Below are positions 16,043-24,293 of a stretch of 25,868 nt of DNA, one piece after another; within the stretch, counting starts at the first letter, position 1, and every line of letters begins with the position of its first letter. The notes beneath the pieces were generated by a model, which was not told the DNA's origin, did no database searches, and saw only the letters and a list, made by a program, of their open reading frames with translations. Location of the stretch: positions 1 through 25,868 of the IMG/VR virus record IMGVR_UViG_3300027672_000079. One strand, 5' to 3'. Source of the stretch: a virus. Lineage: Duplodnaviria > Caudoviricetes. Both the position numbers and the translations under genes were made by a program.

Positions 16043-17674
16043 TTAATGGGTCTCTGCCCATGTTTTTCCTACTTTATATTCTGAATCTAAGGGACAGATA
16101 ACTCCTAGTATTTTCTCAGTGTCCAGAATAGCTTGCTTGGTTATCTCACAAAACTGAGGAGTATCTTCTATGCTAACTTCAAACTGATACTCATCGTGAA
16201 TAGAACCTACAAGCTTGGCATTTAGTTTCGTCTCATTAATTTGCTTTGTCATCTGAACCAACCATTCCTTACAGATGATTGCTCCTGCACCTTGCAACAA
16301 GGTATTGAGTGCAGCATGTTCAGACCGTATCTGCAACCACCTACCATCTAATCCTTTGATGGACCCTTGGGTTGCAGCTTCAGTAACCTGTGTACGAAGT
16401 CTTTTCAGGGCTGGCATGTTGCTTAGAAAACTTTCTATAAGCTCTCTGCCCTGTGCTGCTCCACCTCCAACAACCTTACCAATCTTAGCAGGACCAGCAC
16501 CATAGAGAAAGGCATAGATAAAAGTCTTTGCCTGATCTCTGTTGGTGAGACCTGCCATCTTCATGTTGGCTGTGTGTACATCTCCATTAACTACTTCATG
16601 TATATACTCCTTGTCTTTCATGTAGTGTGCAAGGCACCGTAGCTCTAGACCAGAAGCATCAGTACCTACTAAGTTATAATTGTCTGGATCAGAGATGGTC
16701 CATAGTGATCTGAACTCTTTACCATAAGGACTGTACGAGGCTGGGACTTGTGCCATGTTAGGACTATTGTGAGCCATACGGCCCGTGATAGTCTTCAGTG
16801 TCATTACCCTGCCTCGTACCTTGTCGTCATCGTGACACTCTTTGATCCACGACTTGAGCATACCTGTTCTCTTCTGTAGCAGGAAAAACCTACTAAACAT
16901 CTGAGCTTCTGGCATCTTGATGTGGCTTAGAGTTTCTTCATTGACAATAACATTACCTTTGTCTGTGTGCTTAGTAGGCTTCCATCCTTTCTCCATCAAC
17001 CGTTCTGCTATCTGCTTACGAGAAGCAATGTTAAAGGGTATGTACTTAACCTTTGTCTTTAGTTGTAGTTCTTTAGGTGGGAACATCTCAGTTGCTGTAG
17101 CCACTAAGCCTTCCTCTTCTTCTTGTAGCTCAGACAGTAGCATCATGGCTCCACGAAGGTTAAGAGTAAAACCATTCTTCTCTTGCTGATCTACGATAGC
17201 TCTAACACAATTTTCTAAGCGTATGCTTTTTGTAGAAAACTTTACTCCTTCTTTGTCTAGCTGTTGTGCTACCTTGTGTGTAAGCCTAACGTCCTGCTTA
17301 CAATACTCTAGCATCTCTGGCGTGTAATAATCAAACTCTTTGAACTCTATCTTAGTATCACTCAGTCTCTCTCCCCATGCCTTGAGGGAATGTCCTCCTT
17401 CTCTGACAGGGTTAAACAACTGTGATTCAATGAGGGTGTCACGAATCTGTCGTAGCTGTATTGTAGAACCTATCAGTCTGTTTAAGACAGGTGCATCAAA
17501 GCTAATGCCATTGTGCATTATAAATTGTTCTACGTTCTTAGCCCACGAAACAAACTCGTGACACTCCTCACCTACCCACGACCACTCAGTACCGTTGTCG
17601 TAGTCTCTAGCCACGATGCAGTGGATAACTGTAGCATCAATAGCATCTGTTTCTATGTCTACAATAGCCCTCAT
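16043..17674 (-). CDS. polA: DNA polymerase family A, T7-like
   Basis: Exonuclease motifs DIET, HNGISFD and YCKQDV. Polymerase motifs TGR, DASGLELR (A), AKTFIYAFLYG (B) and IHDE (C). Confidence 0.97.
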   Translation of the reverse strand: MRAIVDIETDAIDATVIHCIVARDYDNGTEWSWVGEECHEFVSWAKNVEQFIMHNGISFDAPVLNRLIGSTIQLRQIRDTLIESQLFNPVREGGHSLKAWGERLSDTKIEFKEFDYYTPEMLEYCKQDVRLTHKVAQQLDKEGVKFSTKSIRLENCVRAIVDQQEKNGFTLNLRGAMMLLSELQEEEEGLVATATEMFPPKELQLKTKVKYIPFNIASRKQIAERLMEKGWKPTKHTDKGNVIVNEETLSHIKMPEAQMFSRFFLLQKRTGMLKSWIKECHDDDKVRGRVMTLKTITGRMAHNSPNMAQVPASYSPYGKEFRSLWTISDPDNYNLVGTDASGLELRCLAHYMKDKEYIHEVVNGDVHTANMKMAGLTNRDQAKTFIYAFLYGAGPAKIGKVVGGGAAQGRELIESFLSNMPALKRLRTQVTEAATQGSIKGLDGRWLQIRSEHAALNTLLQGAGAIICKEWLVQMTKQINETKLNAKLVGSIHDEYQFEVSIEDTPQFCEITKQAILDTEKILGVICPLDSEYKVGKTWAETH

Positions 17675-17676
17675 AT

Positions 17677-19335
17677 TTAGAAAGGAATATCTTGGTCATC
17701 TTCATTATCAACAAAAGGATTATCAATCTGTGTCATGCGTCCTGTCTCACTGTCGTAATGTAGGTGTGTAGATATCCCTGTGTCTCCTGTGTAACGGTTC
17801 TTCAAGATGCGTAGTGTAGTTGTGTTGGCTTCTATCTCATCGGTGGCCTGTTGGTTACGCTCCAATGCTATCACACTATCACTGAGATGTGCAATAGATG
17901 CTGACCCACGAAGGTGTGACAGGCTTACCTCACGGCCATCCTCATGGCCCTTGTCACCTGATGGGCGGCGGAGGTGGCTGACAAGTAGCAAGCCAATGCC
18001 TGTCTCCTCAACAAGAGAACGTAGCTTGGTCATAAGTATATCAATAGACTTACGCTCATCACCTTTGTCTTCCTGTCCTGATACAAGGATGGATAGATGA
18101 TCTAGGAAAATCCATTTACAATCAAGAGCCTTTGCCATGTAACGAACACGATCTAGTATCTCGTCGTTAGAGATAGAGCCAAAATGATCGAAGGCAAAGA
18201 ACCTGCCAGTACCTACTGTCTTCTCCTGCCAATCATTCAACTGTTCTTGTGTGAACTGGTCTCTAATCTCTTTGATATACAATCTTGCGTTAGCTTCCAC
18301 TGACATAAGATTGAATGCAGTGTTACGTATGCTCTCCTCTAGTGCTAGTACACCAATATTGTACTTAGTAGTAGACATAATGTGGTGCATAAGTTCTCGA
18401 ATAATACTACTCTTACCCATACCAGCACCACTAGTAAACGTAACTAGTTCTCCTGTACGCATACCGTATGTCTTTTCATTGAGCTTAGACCAAGGATATA
18501 GGACTGATTCAAAATATGCTTCGTCATACAACGAAGAACCTAGCTCATTAAGATTTAGGATACCTGCTGGTGTGTAGGACTTAGCGTTCCACCATGCCTC
18601 AACAAACTGAGAACGCTGTCCTGTCTTCAGGTACTCATTAGCATCCTTCATACTAAGATGGACAATCTTACATTTGTTAGGCTCAAACAGTTGGCCTACC
18701 TTCTGTGCTGCTTCACGTCCTTCCTTGTCACTGTCAAAGCACAGGATAATATTATCAAACATGTTAAGGAAATCAAATGATTCCTTACAGTTCTTTACTG
18801 CTGCACCAGCACCATTCTTGAGAGATACAACAGGCCACTTGGAACCTAGTATCTCGTAGGCTGACATAGCATCAAGCTCACCCTCACAGACAGTGACATA
18901 CTTACCCTTGCGAGGGAACAGATGCTGACCAAACAAACCTGCATCGGATAGATTACCTTCTGACCAGAACTTCTTACCCTCTACGCCCCTGATCTTACGA
19001 CCAATCAACTCACCGTCTGATCCTTTGTATGAGTATAGGTGATGGGTAATAGTAGAATTATTCTTGATAACTGATACACCATAAAGCTTGGCTGTATCAG
19101 CAGCAATCTTACGATCACCAAGGTCAGAAAGAACAGCGTTGTCATAGCCATTCAAAGGTTTAGGCTTGTCAATAGATACTACCGTATTAGTTTGCATACT
19201 TGTTTCCTCGTTGGATGGAATAAATTCTTCACATTTGTGACAGTACTGATGACCATCTGAGTACAAAGAGTTTGCATCAGAAGAACCACAAGACTCACAT
19301 GGAAGGTGCTGTACGAAAGTTGCTGTGTCTGTCAT
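17677..19335 (-). CDS. Primase-helicase, T7 gp4-like
   Basis: Zn finger CESC..CHKC, TOPRIM EGELDA and FDSD, Walker A SGAGMGKS, then LDHLS, VSHLRR, LRGS and KNR. Confidence 0.96.
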   Translation of the reverse strand: MTDTATFVQHLPCESCGSSDANSLYSDGHQYCHKCEEFIPSNEETSMQTNTVVSIDKPKPLNGYDNAVLSDLGDRKIAADTAKLYGVSVIKNNSTITHHLYSYKGSDGELIGRKIRGVEGKKFWSEGNLSDAGLFGQHLFPRKGKYVTVCEGELDAMSAYEILGSKWPVVSLKNGAGAAVKNCKESFDFLNMFDNIILCFDSDKEGREAAQKVGQLFEPNKCKIVHLSMKDANEYLKTGQRSQFVEAWWNAKSYTPAGILNLNELGSSLYDEAYFESVLYPWSKLNEKTYGMRTGELVTFTSGAGMGKSSIIRELMHHIMSTTKYNIGVLALEESIRNTAFNLMSVEANARLYIKEIRDQFTQEQLNDWQEKTVGTGRFFAFDHFGSISNDEILDRVRYMAKALDCKWIFLDHLSILVSGQEDKGDERKSIDILMTKLRSLVEETGIGLLLVSHLRRPSGDKGHEDGREVSLSHLRGSASIAHLSDSVIALERNQQATDEIEANTTTLRILKNRYTGDTGISTHLHYDSETGRMTQIDNPFVDNEDDQDIPF

Positions 19336-19338
19336 AGC

Positions 19339-19518
19339 TTACTCACTGTTAGATACAATTTCATAGAGTGTGGTATAGTCTACGTTACGATCTGCATAAA
19401 GAGTATAATATAAACTACTATAATAGTCAAGGGTTTCTTTAGCCTCTGTTTTTGTTTTAATATCTTTACTTACTAAAGTATTTGTGTTAGTATTTCTAAC
19501 TGCCCATTTTTTTACCAT
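19339..19518 (-). CDS. Small hypothetical protein (59 aa, not in ORF track)
   Basis: Read manually as MVKKWAVRNTNTNTLVSKDIKTKTEAKETLDYYSS... TAATG-coupled to the upstream ORF and fills the gap before the primase. Confidence 0.6.
   Translation of the reverse strand: MVKKWAVRNTNTNTLVSKDIKTKTEAKETLDYYSSLYYTLYADRNVDYTTLYEIVSNSE
19402..19430 (-). promoter_or_regulatory. Sigma70-type promoter upstream of primase-helicase
   Basis: TTGACT-17 nt-TATACT, embedded in the 59-aa ORF about 65 nt before the primase ATG. Confidence 0.7.
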
Positions 19519-19700
19519 TACATATTACCTGTTTCTTTCCATGCTCCACTCAGTATTTGATCTCTATATTCTTTAAATTCTTTTTCAATAGCTACTAACA
19601 TTTCTAGTTGATCTAGATCGTCTAGTTGTTTAAAGCCTTTCTGAGGTGCAATGACCACCCCATGACTGTACTTAATTTTAAATAAATCGTACCTTTTCAT
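19518..19700 (-). CDS. Hypothetical protein
   Basis: The ORF track gives 19518..19727. The ATG at 19700 is coupled to the thyX stop (TGATG) and follows an AGGAG. Confidence 0.6.
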   Translation of the reverse strand: MKRYDLFKIKYSHGVVIAPQKGFKQLDDLDQLEMLVAIEKEFKEYRDQILSGAWKETGNM

Positions 19701-20344
19701 CACATTGCTCCTTGTAAGGCTTTCCATGATACAGGAAATCTCTGTTCGAGTTGTCTGTTTATATCTTTAACTACATCTCTTGTCTCCTTCTGCGTATCAC
19801 TAGCTAGACGTAGCTTACACACCCTAGCAAAGGCTGCGATGCTACCACTCCAATACCACTCAGTATACATGCCTTGTGGTAGTACTGCGCGTGCTTGTTC
19901 TTCACATACTCCTTGGGTTAATAAAGCTTTATAGGCATCGGTAGCGTGCCGTACAGCATCACCATAGATATGATTGATAATGCTTGGTGATGTTACTAAC
20001 TCTTCTGATGATCCTTGTTTCTTATCATCAGCAGCCTTACGCCACTCACTTGTGTACCATACCTCTGGATCATCAGACACGTAGCGACGGCTCACCTCGT
20101 TCCATACTAACCCTACCTGATGCTTACCAAGTTGTCTAGCCACAAAGATAGGCGCTCTCATATGGAACTGTGCGGAGCAATGTCCGAACGGTGTCCAGTG
20201 GTTGTGCTGGGCAAGATAGTTAATTAACTTAGCATCTTTTTCAGAGATTGGTTTGCTTTTGGGTGAGCGTTTGTTGAACGATACTCTTGCTGCATTTACA
20301 ACAGTAACGTCACTGCCCATGTGGTCTATGAGTTTAGCTGTCAT
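19700..20344 (-). CDS. thyX: Flavin-dependent thymidylate synthase
   Basis: Motifs VNAARVSF, HWTPF, PIFVARQL.KH..WNEVSRRY, EQARAVLP and LRL..TQ.E. Confidence 0.95.
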   Translation of the reverse strand: MTAKLIDHMGSDVTVVNAARVSFNKRSPKSKPISEKDAKLINYLAQHNHWTPFGHCSAQFHMRAPIFVARQLGKHQVGLVWNEVSRRYVSDDPEVWYTSEWRKAADDKKQGSSEELVTSPSIINHIYGDAVRHATDAYKALLTQGVCEEQARAVLPQGMYTEWYWSGSIAAFARVCKLRLASDTQKETRDVVKDINRQLEQRFPVSWKALQGAM

Positions 20345-20864
20345 CGGATTGTCCTAACATCCATTGTGCAATTTTTATATGTTCTAATGCTGTTGCGTCG
20401 TTTTTTAATCGGTTAGCTCTAGCAGATATCCATCCAACATTTCCTTTTACATATCCTTTATCAGGTACAATGCGATCTACTTGTGCCGCATTGTCAGCAT
20501 ATCGGTTAATGGCTAAAAGGTCTAACTTAACTCCCAGAATAGGACAGGTACCAGTCCAAATAGACTTTAGATATTCTTCTGTTAAATTAAAAGGTAATTG
20601 TTTTTTATTTGCTCGTCCTTTAACAATTATATTTCTGCTATGGAAAGGGTTTTCTTGGTTAAATTTTTGTTCGCGTTTTCTCTGACATGTTTTACATTCT
20701 GAATATCGCCATTGGTAAGTAGTGCCGTCGGAACGGACCTTGCGTCTTTCATAATACTCAGTTATTAGTTTATTTTTTTTACATTTGGTACATACTTTTG
20801 CTGGAAGTTTTGTAAGTTTGTCGAGCGCGTGAAACAAGTTAAGGTATTCTTCATCAACCATCAT
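20334..20864 (-). CDS. HNH-like endonuclease with N-terminal Zn-binding CxxC pairs
   Basis: Motifs CTKC, CKTC, CPILG and VDRIVPDKGYVKGNVGWISARANRLK. Confidence 0.75.
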   Translation of the reverse strand: MMVDEEYLNLFHALDKLTKLPAKVCTKCKKNKLITEYYERRKVRSDGTTYQWRYSECKTCQRKREQKFNQENPFHSRNIIVKGRANKKQLPFNLTEEYLKSIWTGTCPILGVKLDLLAINRYADNAAQVDRIVPDKGYVKGNVGWISARANRLKNDATALEHIKIAQWMLGQSDDS

Positions 20865-21039
20865 TGAAAGTTTCCTCCCATAGATTATCTATAAAGTCTT
20901 CCTTGTCCTCCATGATCTCGTTGATCTCCTCCTTGGCAAGCTTCTTAGCTTCCTTGGCTGTGTACCCTTCTTCAGCATACTGTCTAGTAAGATCACGAAA
21001 CAAATGGTTGCGTTCTTTTTCCCATAGATTTTTTGCCAT
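20854..21039 (-). CDS. Hypothetical protein
   Basis: MAKNLWEKERN... start is TAATG-coupled to the upstream small ORF. Confidence 0.65.
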   Translation of the reverse strand: MAKNLWEKERNHLFRDLTRQYAEEGYTAKEAKKLAKEEINEIMEDKEDFIDNLWEETFNDG

Positions 21040-21173
21040 TACTCTGCCCACTTACCTCTGTTAATTCCTAGTTGCGCGCTTAGTTTTTTAATTGTTTCTT
21101 CTTTATCTTCTATAGCTTTCTTCAAGATAAAAACATACTGCTCAAGCTTTAGAATTTTCTGTGCATCATTCAT
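21039..21173 (-). CDS. Small coiled-coil hypothetical protein (44 aa, not in ORF track)
   Basis: MNDAQKILKLEQYVFILKKAIEDKEETIKKLSAQLGINRGKWAE, with ATGA and TAATG overlaps at its ends. Confidence 0.6.
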   Translation of the reverse strand: MNDAQKILKLEQYVFILKKAIEDKEETIKKLSAQLGINRGKWAE

Positions 21174-21643
21174 CTTCCTGCTCTCTTGTAAAAGATATGC
21201 TCACCCACTGTGTCCATAAGAACAAACTCTTTAGACACAGCCCATGATGGCGAGACATACACTGCATGATAATGCGTAGCTCGTAAAGTATTACGTAACA
21301 TCACACCATTTAATGTTAATTGAACTACTTTAACAACCTCTTCTAACGCATTGATATTGTGCATACTTTCTGACTTACCGTCACACCAATAAGAGAATTG
21401 ACATTTGTTTCTTACTGGATTTTCTTCCCAGTATATGCCTTGTCTGACTACGCCGCATATAGTATTCGGAAAAGATTTATTATGCATTCTTTCTAGGATT
21501 ACATTAGCCACTGCTAATTTTCCTATGAAAGTTTCTGACCTAGCCTCAAAGTAAACTGCTTCGACTAGGCATGTACGTTCGTCTGCTTTTGCAGGACTGA
21601 TAAGCAAGAGCAGTAGCAGACTACTTAAAATATATTTAAACAT
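21170..21643 (-). CDS. Cell wall hydrolase, SleB/Hydrolase_2 family, with signal peptide
   Basis: Motifs CL.EAVYFEARSE, AVANVILER, FPNTICGVV.Q, CQFSYWCDGK, ATHYHA.YV.PSW and VGEHIFY. Confidence 0.92.
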   Translation of the reverse strand: MFKYILSSLLLLLLISPAKADERTCLVEAVYFEARSETFIGKLAVANVILERMHNKSFPNTICGVVRQGIYWEENPVRNKCQFSYWCDGKSESMHNINALEEVVKVVQLTLNGVMLRNTLRATHYHAVYVSPSWAVSKEFVLMDTVGEHIFYKRAGR

Positions 21644-21849
21644 TAGTGTATCCTTAGAATTTTAAGGCTAGATATATGATCTCCGAAAAAAGGTTCAAGA
21701 GTTTCTTTCATGAACTGTTGTGCCTCTAACATAGTCTCAAATGTTTCTAGGCTATCCCCATTTTCTGCTACGAGAGGGGTTGTTTCTTCAAGGTCTGGTT
21801 CTTCAGGAATTTGTACTATGATGTATGACACGGCTGCTCCTCTGGACAT
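21643..21849 (-). CDS. Hypothetical acidic protein (possible GTG start at 21831)
   Basis: ORF coupled to the SleB gene; AGGAG precedes the GTG. Confidence 0.55.
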   Translation of the reverse strand: MSRGAAVSYIIVQIPEEPDLEETTPLVAENGDSLETFETMLEAQQFMKETLEPFFGDHISSLKILRIH

Positions 21850-22316
21850 TTTTCTAGGTCATGGATAGGCAGGTTATAGCAATCAGCACGTACTGTAAAG
21901 TTATTATCCCCATCCTTCTGTCCTTTTTTTAGGAAGCGTGCATCTTCTATGTATTTTTTCTTATCATAGTGTCCCAGTACCCAGCATCTTTTATTATCAT
22001 AAGACACACGGGTAAAGATATAGACATCACACTTCTGGTTGGGATTAAAGTTGGACACTGAACACTCATAGTAATCTCTAGGAGCTACTGATGTACGTTT
22101 AGTTTTTACATCAGCAGTCCTTCTGTCTGGCAACACTAGGTCATACTGATAGGTATGTTGTATGTCACCACCATATATTTTCTGTGCTGCTATCTCTCCG
22201 AGGAACCCAGCAAGACTACCACCACCTGACTCGATAGAGTTGTTAAGAACTCCCATCTCCTCTGCTAATTTAGAAGCTAAAGCTCTATCATAATCAGTCA
22301 GGTCAATAGCTTTCAT
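21816..22316 (-). CDS. Restriction-endonuclease-fold (PD-(D/E)XK-like) protein
   Basis: G.LGE.A ... YD ... DVKTK pattern. Confidence 0.55.
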   Translation of the reverse strand: MKAIDLTDYDRALASKLAEEMGVLNNSIESGGGSLAGFLGEIAAQKIYGGDIQHTYQYDLVLPDRRTADVKTKRTSVAPRDYYECSVSNFNPNQKCDVYIFTRVSYDNKRCWVLGHYDKKKYIEDARFLKKGQKDGDNNFTVRADCYNLPIHDLEKCPEEQPCHTS

Positions 22317-22660
22317 TATACCACGCCACCTATATTGTCCCTAATGATATCACTGAAGTTAAGTTCTGCCCAATAGATTTCAAGGGCAAGTGTTGCGTGC
22401 AGTGCCTCAAAAGAATGTTTCTCTCCAGCAGGAACCACACACATATCATTCATATATAAAATTGTTTCATCTATTAGGCCATAGTCTTTATGCCGCTTAA
22501 TAATTAACTCTCCTTCCAAGACATAGAACGCATTGATCTTACTTTGATGTGCGTGTGTACTACAAAAGCCACCCTTATTAATTTTAATCTGATGGATTTC
22601 AATAGCGGGTGTTTGTAATAGAGGACGTGTCTGTCCCCAAACTTTTCCTTCAATGTTCAT
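22316..22660 (-). CDS. Cupin domain protein (sugar isomerase-like)
   Basis: KVWG, CSTHAH..K.NAFYVLEG and VPAGEKHSF match the cupin two-motif pattern. Confidence 0.8.
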   Translation of the reverse strand: MNIEGKVWGQTRPLLQTPAIEIHQIKINKGGFCSTHAHQSKINAFYVLEGELIIKRHKDYGLIDETILYMNDMCVVPAGEKHSFEALHATLALEIYWAELNFSDIIRDNIGGVV

Positions 22661-22830
22661 TAGTCATCCTCATTTACTATAAGATTAAAAGCTTTGTAAA
22701 TAAACTCATTCAACTCTTCTGTATCATCAGGGTTATATCCAAATGAGAACACAAAATCTCTAACGGATTCCCACGGGACATCTAATTTAGGATTGGTTGT
22801 CCACTCATGATAGATCACATTGTCAGACAT
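22660..22830 (-). CDS. Small hypothetical protein (56 aa, not in ORF track)
   Basis: MSDNVIYHEWTTNPKLDVPWESVRDFVFSFGYNPDD..., stop/start-coupled at both ends. Confidence 0.6.
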   Translation of the reverse strand: MSDNVIYHEWTTNPKLDVPWESVRDFVFSFGYNPDDTEELNEFIYKAFNLIVNEDD

Positions 22831-23027
22831 CAATCACCTACCTTCATACCACAGTATTTAATTATATATTCTCGTGCCTCTTCTCTTGCACGTTCGCCAC
22901 CTTCTTGTTCAAGTGTGTTTAAAATCTCACTCATTACCCATGCGTTACGACGTGAGGATTTACCCTCTGCCATTAACTCATCGACCCGCTGCGCTGTAGG
23001 TGTCGTCGATCCATTGCTCATACTCAT
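22830..23027 (-). CDS. Hypothetical protein
   Basis: ORF in the packed minus-strand array. Confidence 0.55.
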   Translation of the reverse strand: MSMSNGSTTPTAQRVDELMAEGKSSRRNAWVMSEILNTLEQEGGERAREEAREYIIKYCGMKVGD

Positions 23028-23190
23028 TCTCCATGATTAAAAGTTCACTCTCAACCCAATGATTAACCTCGTCCAGTTGGATATTACTAGACACACTACA
23101 GTAATGCTCTAGCACTGGAGTTATCCACGGGTCATAGACCTCGTTCAGATGTTTCAAAACTTCTTCTTTAGTTTCAAACTTAATTACCAT
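22978..23190 (-). CDS. Hypothetical acidic protein
   Basis: ORF with an AAGGA RBS in the packed array. Confidence 0.55.
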   Translation of the reverse strand: MVIKFETKEEVLKHLNEVYDPWITPVLEHYCSVSSNIQLDEVNHWVESELLIMENEYEQWIDDTYSAAGR

Positions 23191-23320
23191 TATCTTTTTC
23201 CTTTCTTTTATTCTTAGCTGTTACACCTGCTAGACGTATCTCCTCAACTGTACGGTTACATCCTACACAATATTCTTTGTTGTCGTCGAGTTTACAGACA
23301 TCACAACATACTGTTTTCAT
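23180..23320 (-). CDS. DUF1289-like Cys-rich small protein (46 aa, not in ORF track)
   Basis: MKTVCCDVCKLDDNKEYCVGCNRTVEEI matches the C-x3-C-x-LD-x4-C-x-GC-x-RT-x2-EI pattern. Confidence 0.7.
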   Translation of the reverse strand: MKTVCCDVCKLDDNKEYCVGCNRTVEEIRLAGVTAKNKRKEKDNGN

Positions 23321-23511
23321 GTTGATACTTTTTCTACTGCTGCTACTTTTACACTCATATCGTCGCTGTGAAAAATCTTATACTCGTGACTGTTTCCCTT
23401 GATATCGGTAGCAGTTACTCTTGTGATGGTGTATGTAGGGTTTCTCTCAGTGACACATGTAATTTCAGTGGCGTTAAAACTTGCAGTCTCACTATACATT
23501 TCCTTCTCCAT
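23317..23511 (-). CDS. Hypothetical protein
   Basis: ORF downstream of tRNA-Arg, with an ATGA overlap with the next gene. Confidence 0.55.
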   Translation of the reverse strand: MEKEMYSETASFNATEITCVTERNPTYTITRVTATDIKGNSHEYKIFHSDDMSVKVAAVEKVST

Positions 23512-23523
23512 TTTCTTATAAAT

Positions 23524-23549
23524 AAACTTTTACACTAACGTAAAAGTTT
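23524..23549. repeat. Perfect 10-bp inverted repeat just 3' of tRNA-Arg
   Basis: aaacttttac-actaac-gtaaaagttt. Confidence 0.7.
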
Positions 23550-23554
23550 TAGGT

Positions 23555-23631
23555 TGGCCTCCACAGTAGGACTCGAACCTACAACCTACAGCTTAGAAGG
23601 CTGTCGCTCTATCCAGTTGAGCTATGTGGAG
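23555..23631 (-). tRNA. tRNA-Arg (anticodon TCT)
   Basis: Acceptor CTCCACA/TGTGGAG-G-CCA, D arm TAGCTCAACTGGATAGAGC, anticodon arm ACAGC-CTTCTAA-GCTGT and T loop GTTCGAGTC. Confidence 0.96.
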
Positions 23632-23641
23632 TATACACACA

Positions 23642-23914
23642 TTAGTCTTCTGATGTCAACTCTTCTAGTTTTTTATTTAATAACGATGTGATTACGAACA
23701 TAGCATCCTCATTGGAAGGTGCATGATGGAAGGCTGCATCAATAGCTGCTGCTAATGAGCCATAGACCACAACGATAGGGTTCTTACCTTCTTTTAGATT
23801 ATACTCTATCTCAGCACCAAACAGTTCATAAAAACTGCTGATGTCCCTGCCTCTGGTCTTCCAACCATCGTTAACCATTACCTGTCTCCCATACTGTATC
23901 CCAAGGTATACCAC
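23642..23914 (-). CDS. Hypothetical protein (start uncertain)
   Basis: ORF in the early-type array. Confidence 0.55.
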   Translation of the reverse strand: MVYLGIQYGRQVMVNDGWKTRGRDISSFYELFGAEIEYNLKEGKNPIVVVYGSLAAAIDAAFHHAPSNEDAMFVITSLLNKKLEELTSED

Positions 23915-24104
23915 GTTTTTCAGTACGCCTCAAGATATTTTTCCATTTAGTTAAAGAAATGCGTGAATAATTTTGTGGGATAGGATAGGTAGCTGACTTA
24001 GCTCTTACCCATTTCCATCCTACCTTGGCCTCTACTAGCCTAGCACCTGATCCTATATAAGGTAACTCATTCTCAAGAAAAACCCAGCCTTTAAACTTTG
24101 GCAT
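23871..24104 (-). CDS. Hypothetical basic, Trp-rich protein
   Basis: ORF with an AAGGA RBS. Confidence 0.55.
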   Translation of the reverse strand: MPKFKGWVFLENELPYIGSGARLVEAKVGWKWVRAKSATYPIPQNYSRISLTKWKNILRRTEKRGIPWDTVWETGNG

Positions 24105-24204
24105 CTTTTTTCCTTTTTCTATAAAGGGTTAAGTTAATAACTGTATTAACCCAGACACCTAGCAACACAGTTGCTTCTACTATTAAAGTGAGTATCTCAA
24201 CCAT
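24091..24204 (-). CDS. Small single-TM peptide (37 aa)
   Basis: MVEILTLIVEATVLLGVWVNTVINLTLYRKRKKDAKV, TAATG-coupled. Confidence 0.5.
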   Translation of the reverse strand: MVEILTLIVEATVLLGVWVNTVINLTLYRKRKKDAKV

Positions 24205-24293
24205 TATCTAGTCACCCAGTTCAGCACTACAGTATAAAAAATATAACAGCTAAAACAAATAAGTAAATAAAATGTGTTGCTGCGGACATTCAT
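24204..24293 (-). CDS. Small hydrophobic peptide (29 aa)
   Basis: MNVRSNTFYLLICFSCYIFYTVVLNWVTR, with ATGA and TAATG overlaps. Confidence 0.4.
   Translation of the reverse strand: MNVRSNTFYLLICFSCYIFYTVVLNWVTR

Noticed and set aside
11812-19335. Introns or inteins in nrdJ, polA or primase-helicase
   Set aside because: All three are uninterrupted and compact, with no intein splice motifs seen.
23630-23659. TTGACA-18-TATACT promoter-like sequence on the minus strand
   Set aside because: The -10 box overlaps the first bases of tRNA-Arg, so transcription would start inside the tRNA; spacing is also suboptimal.
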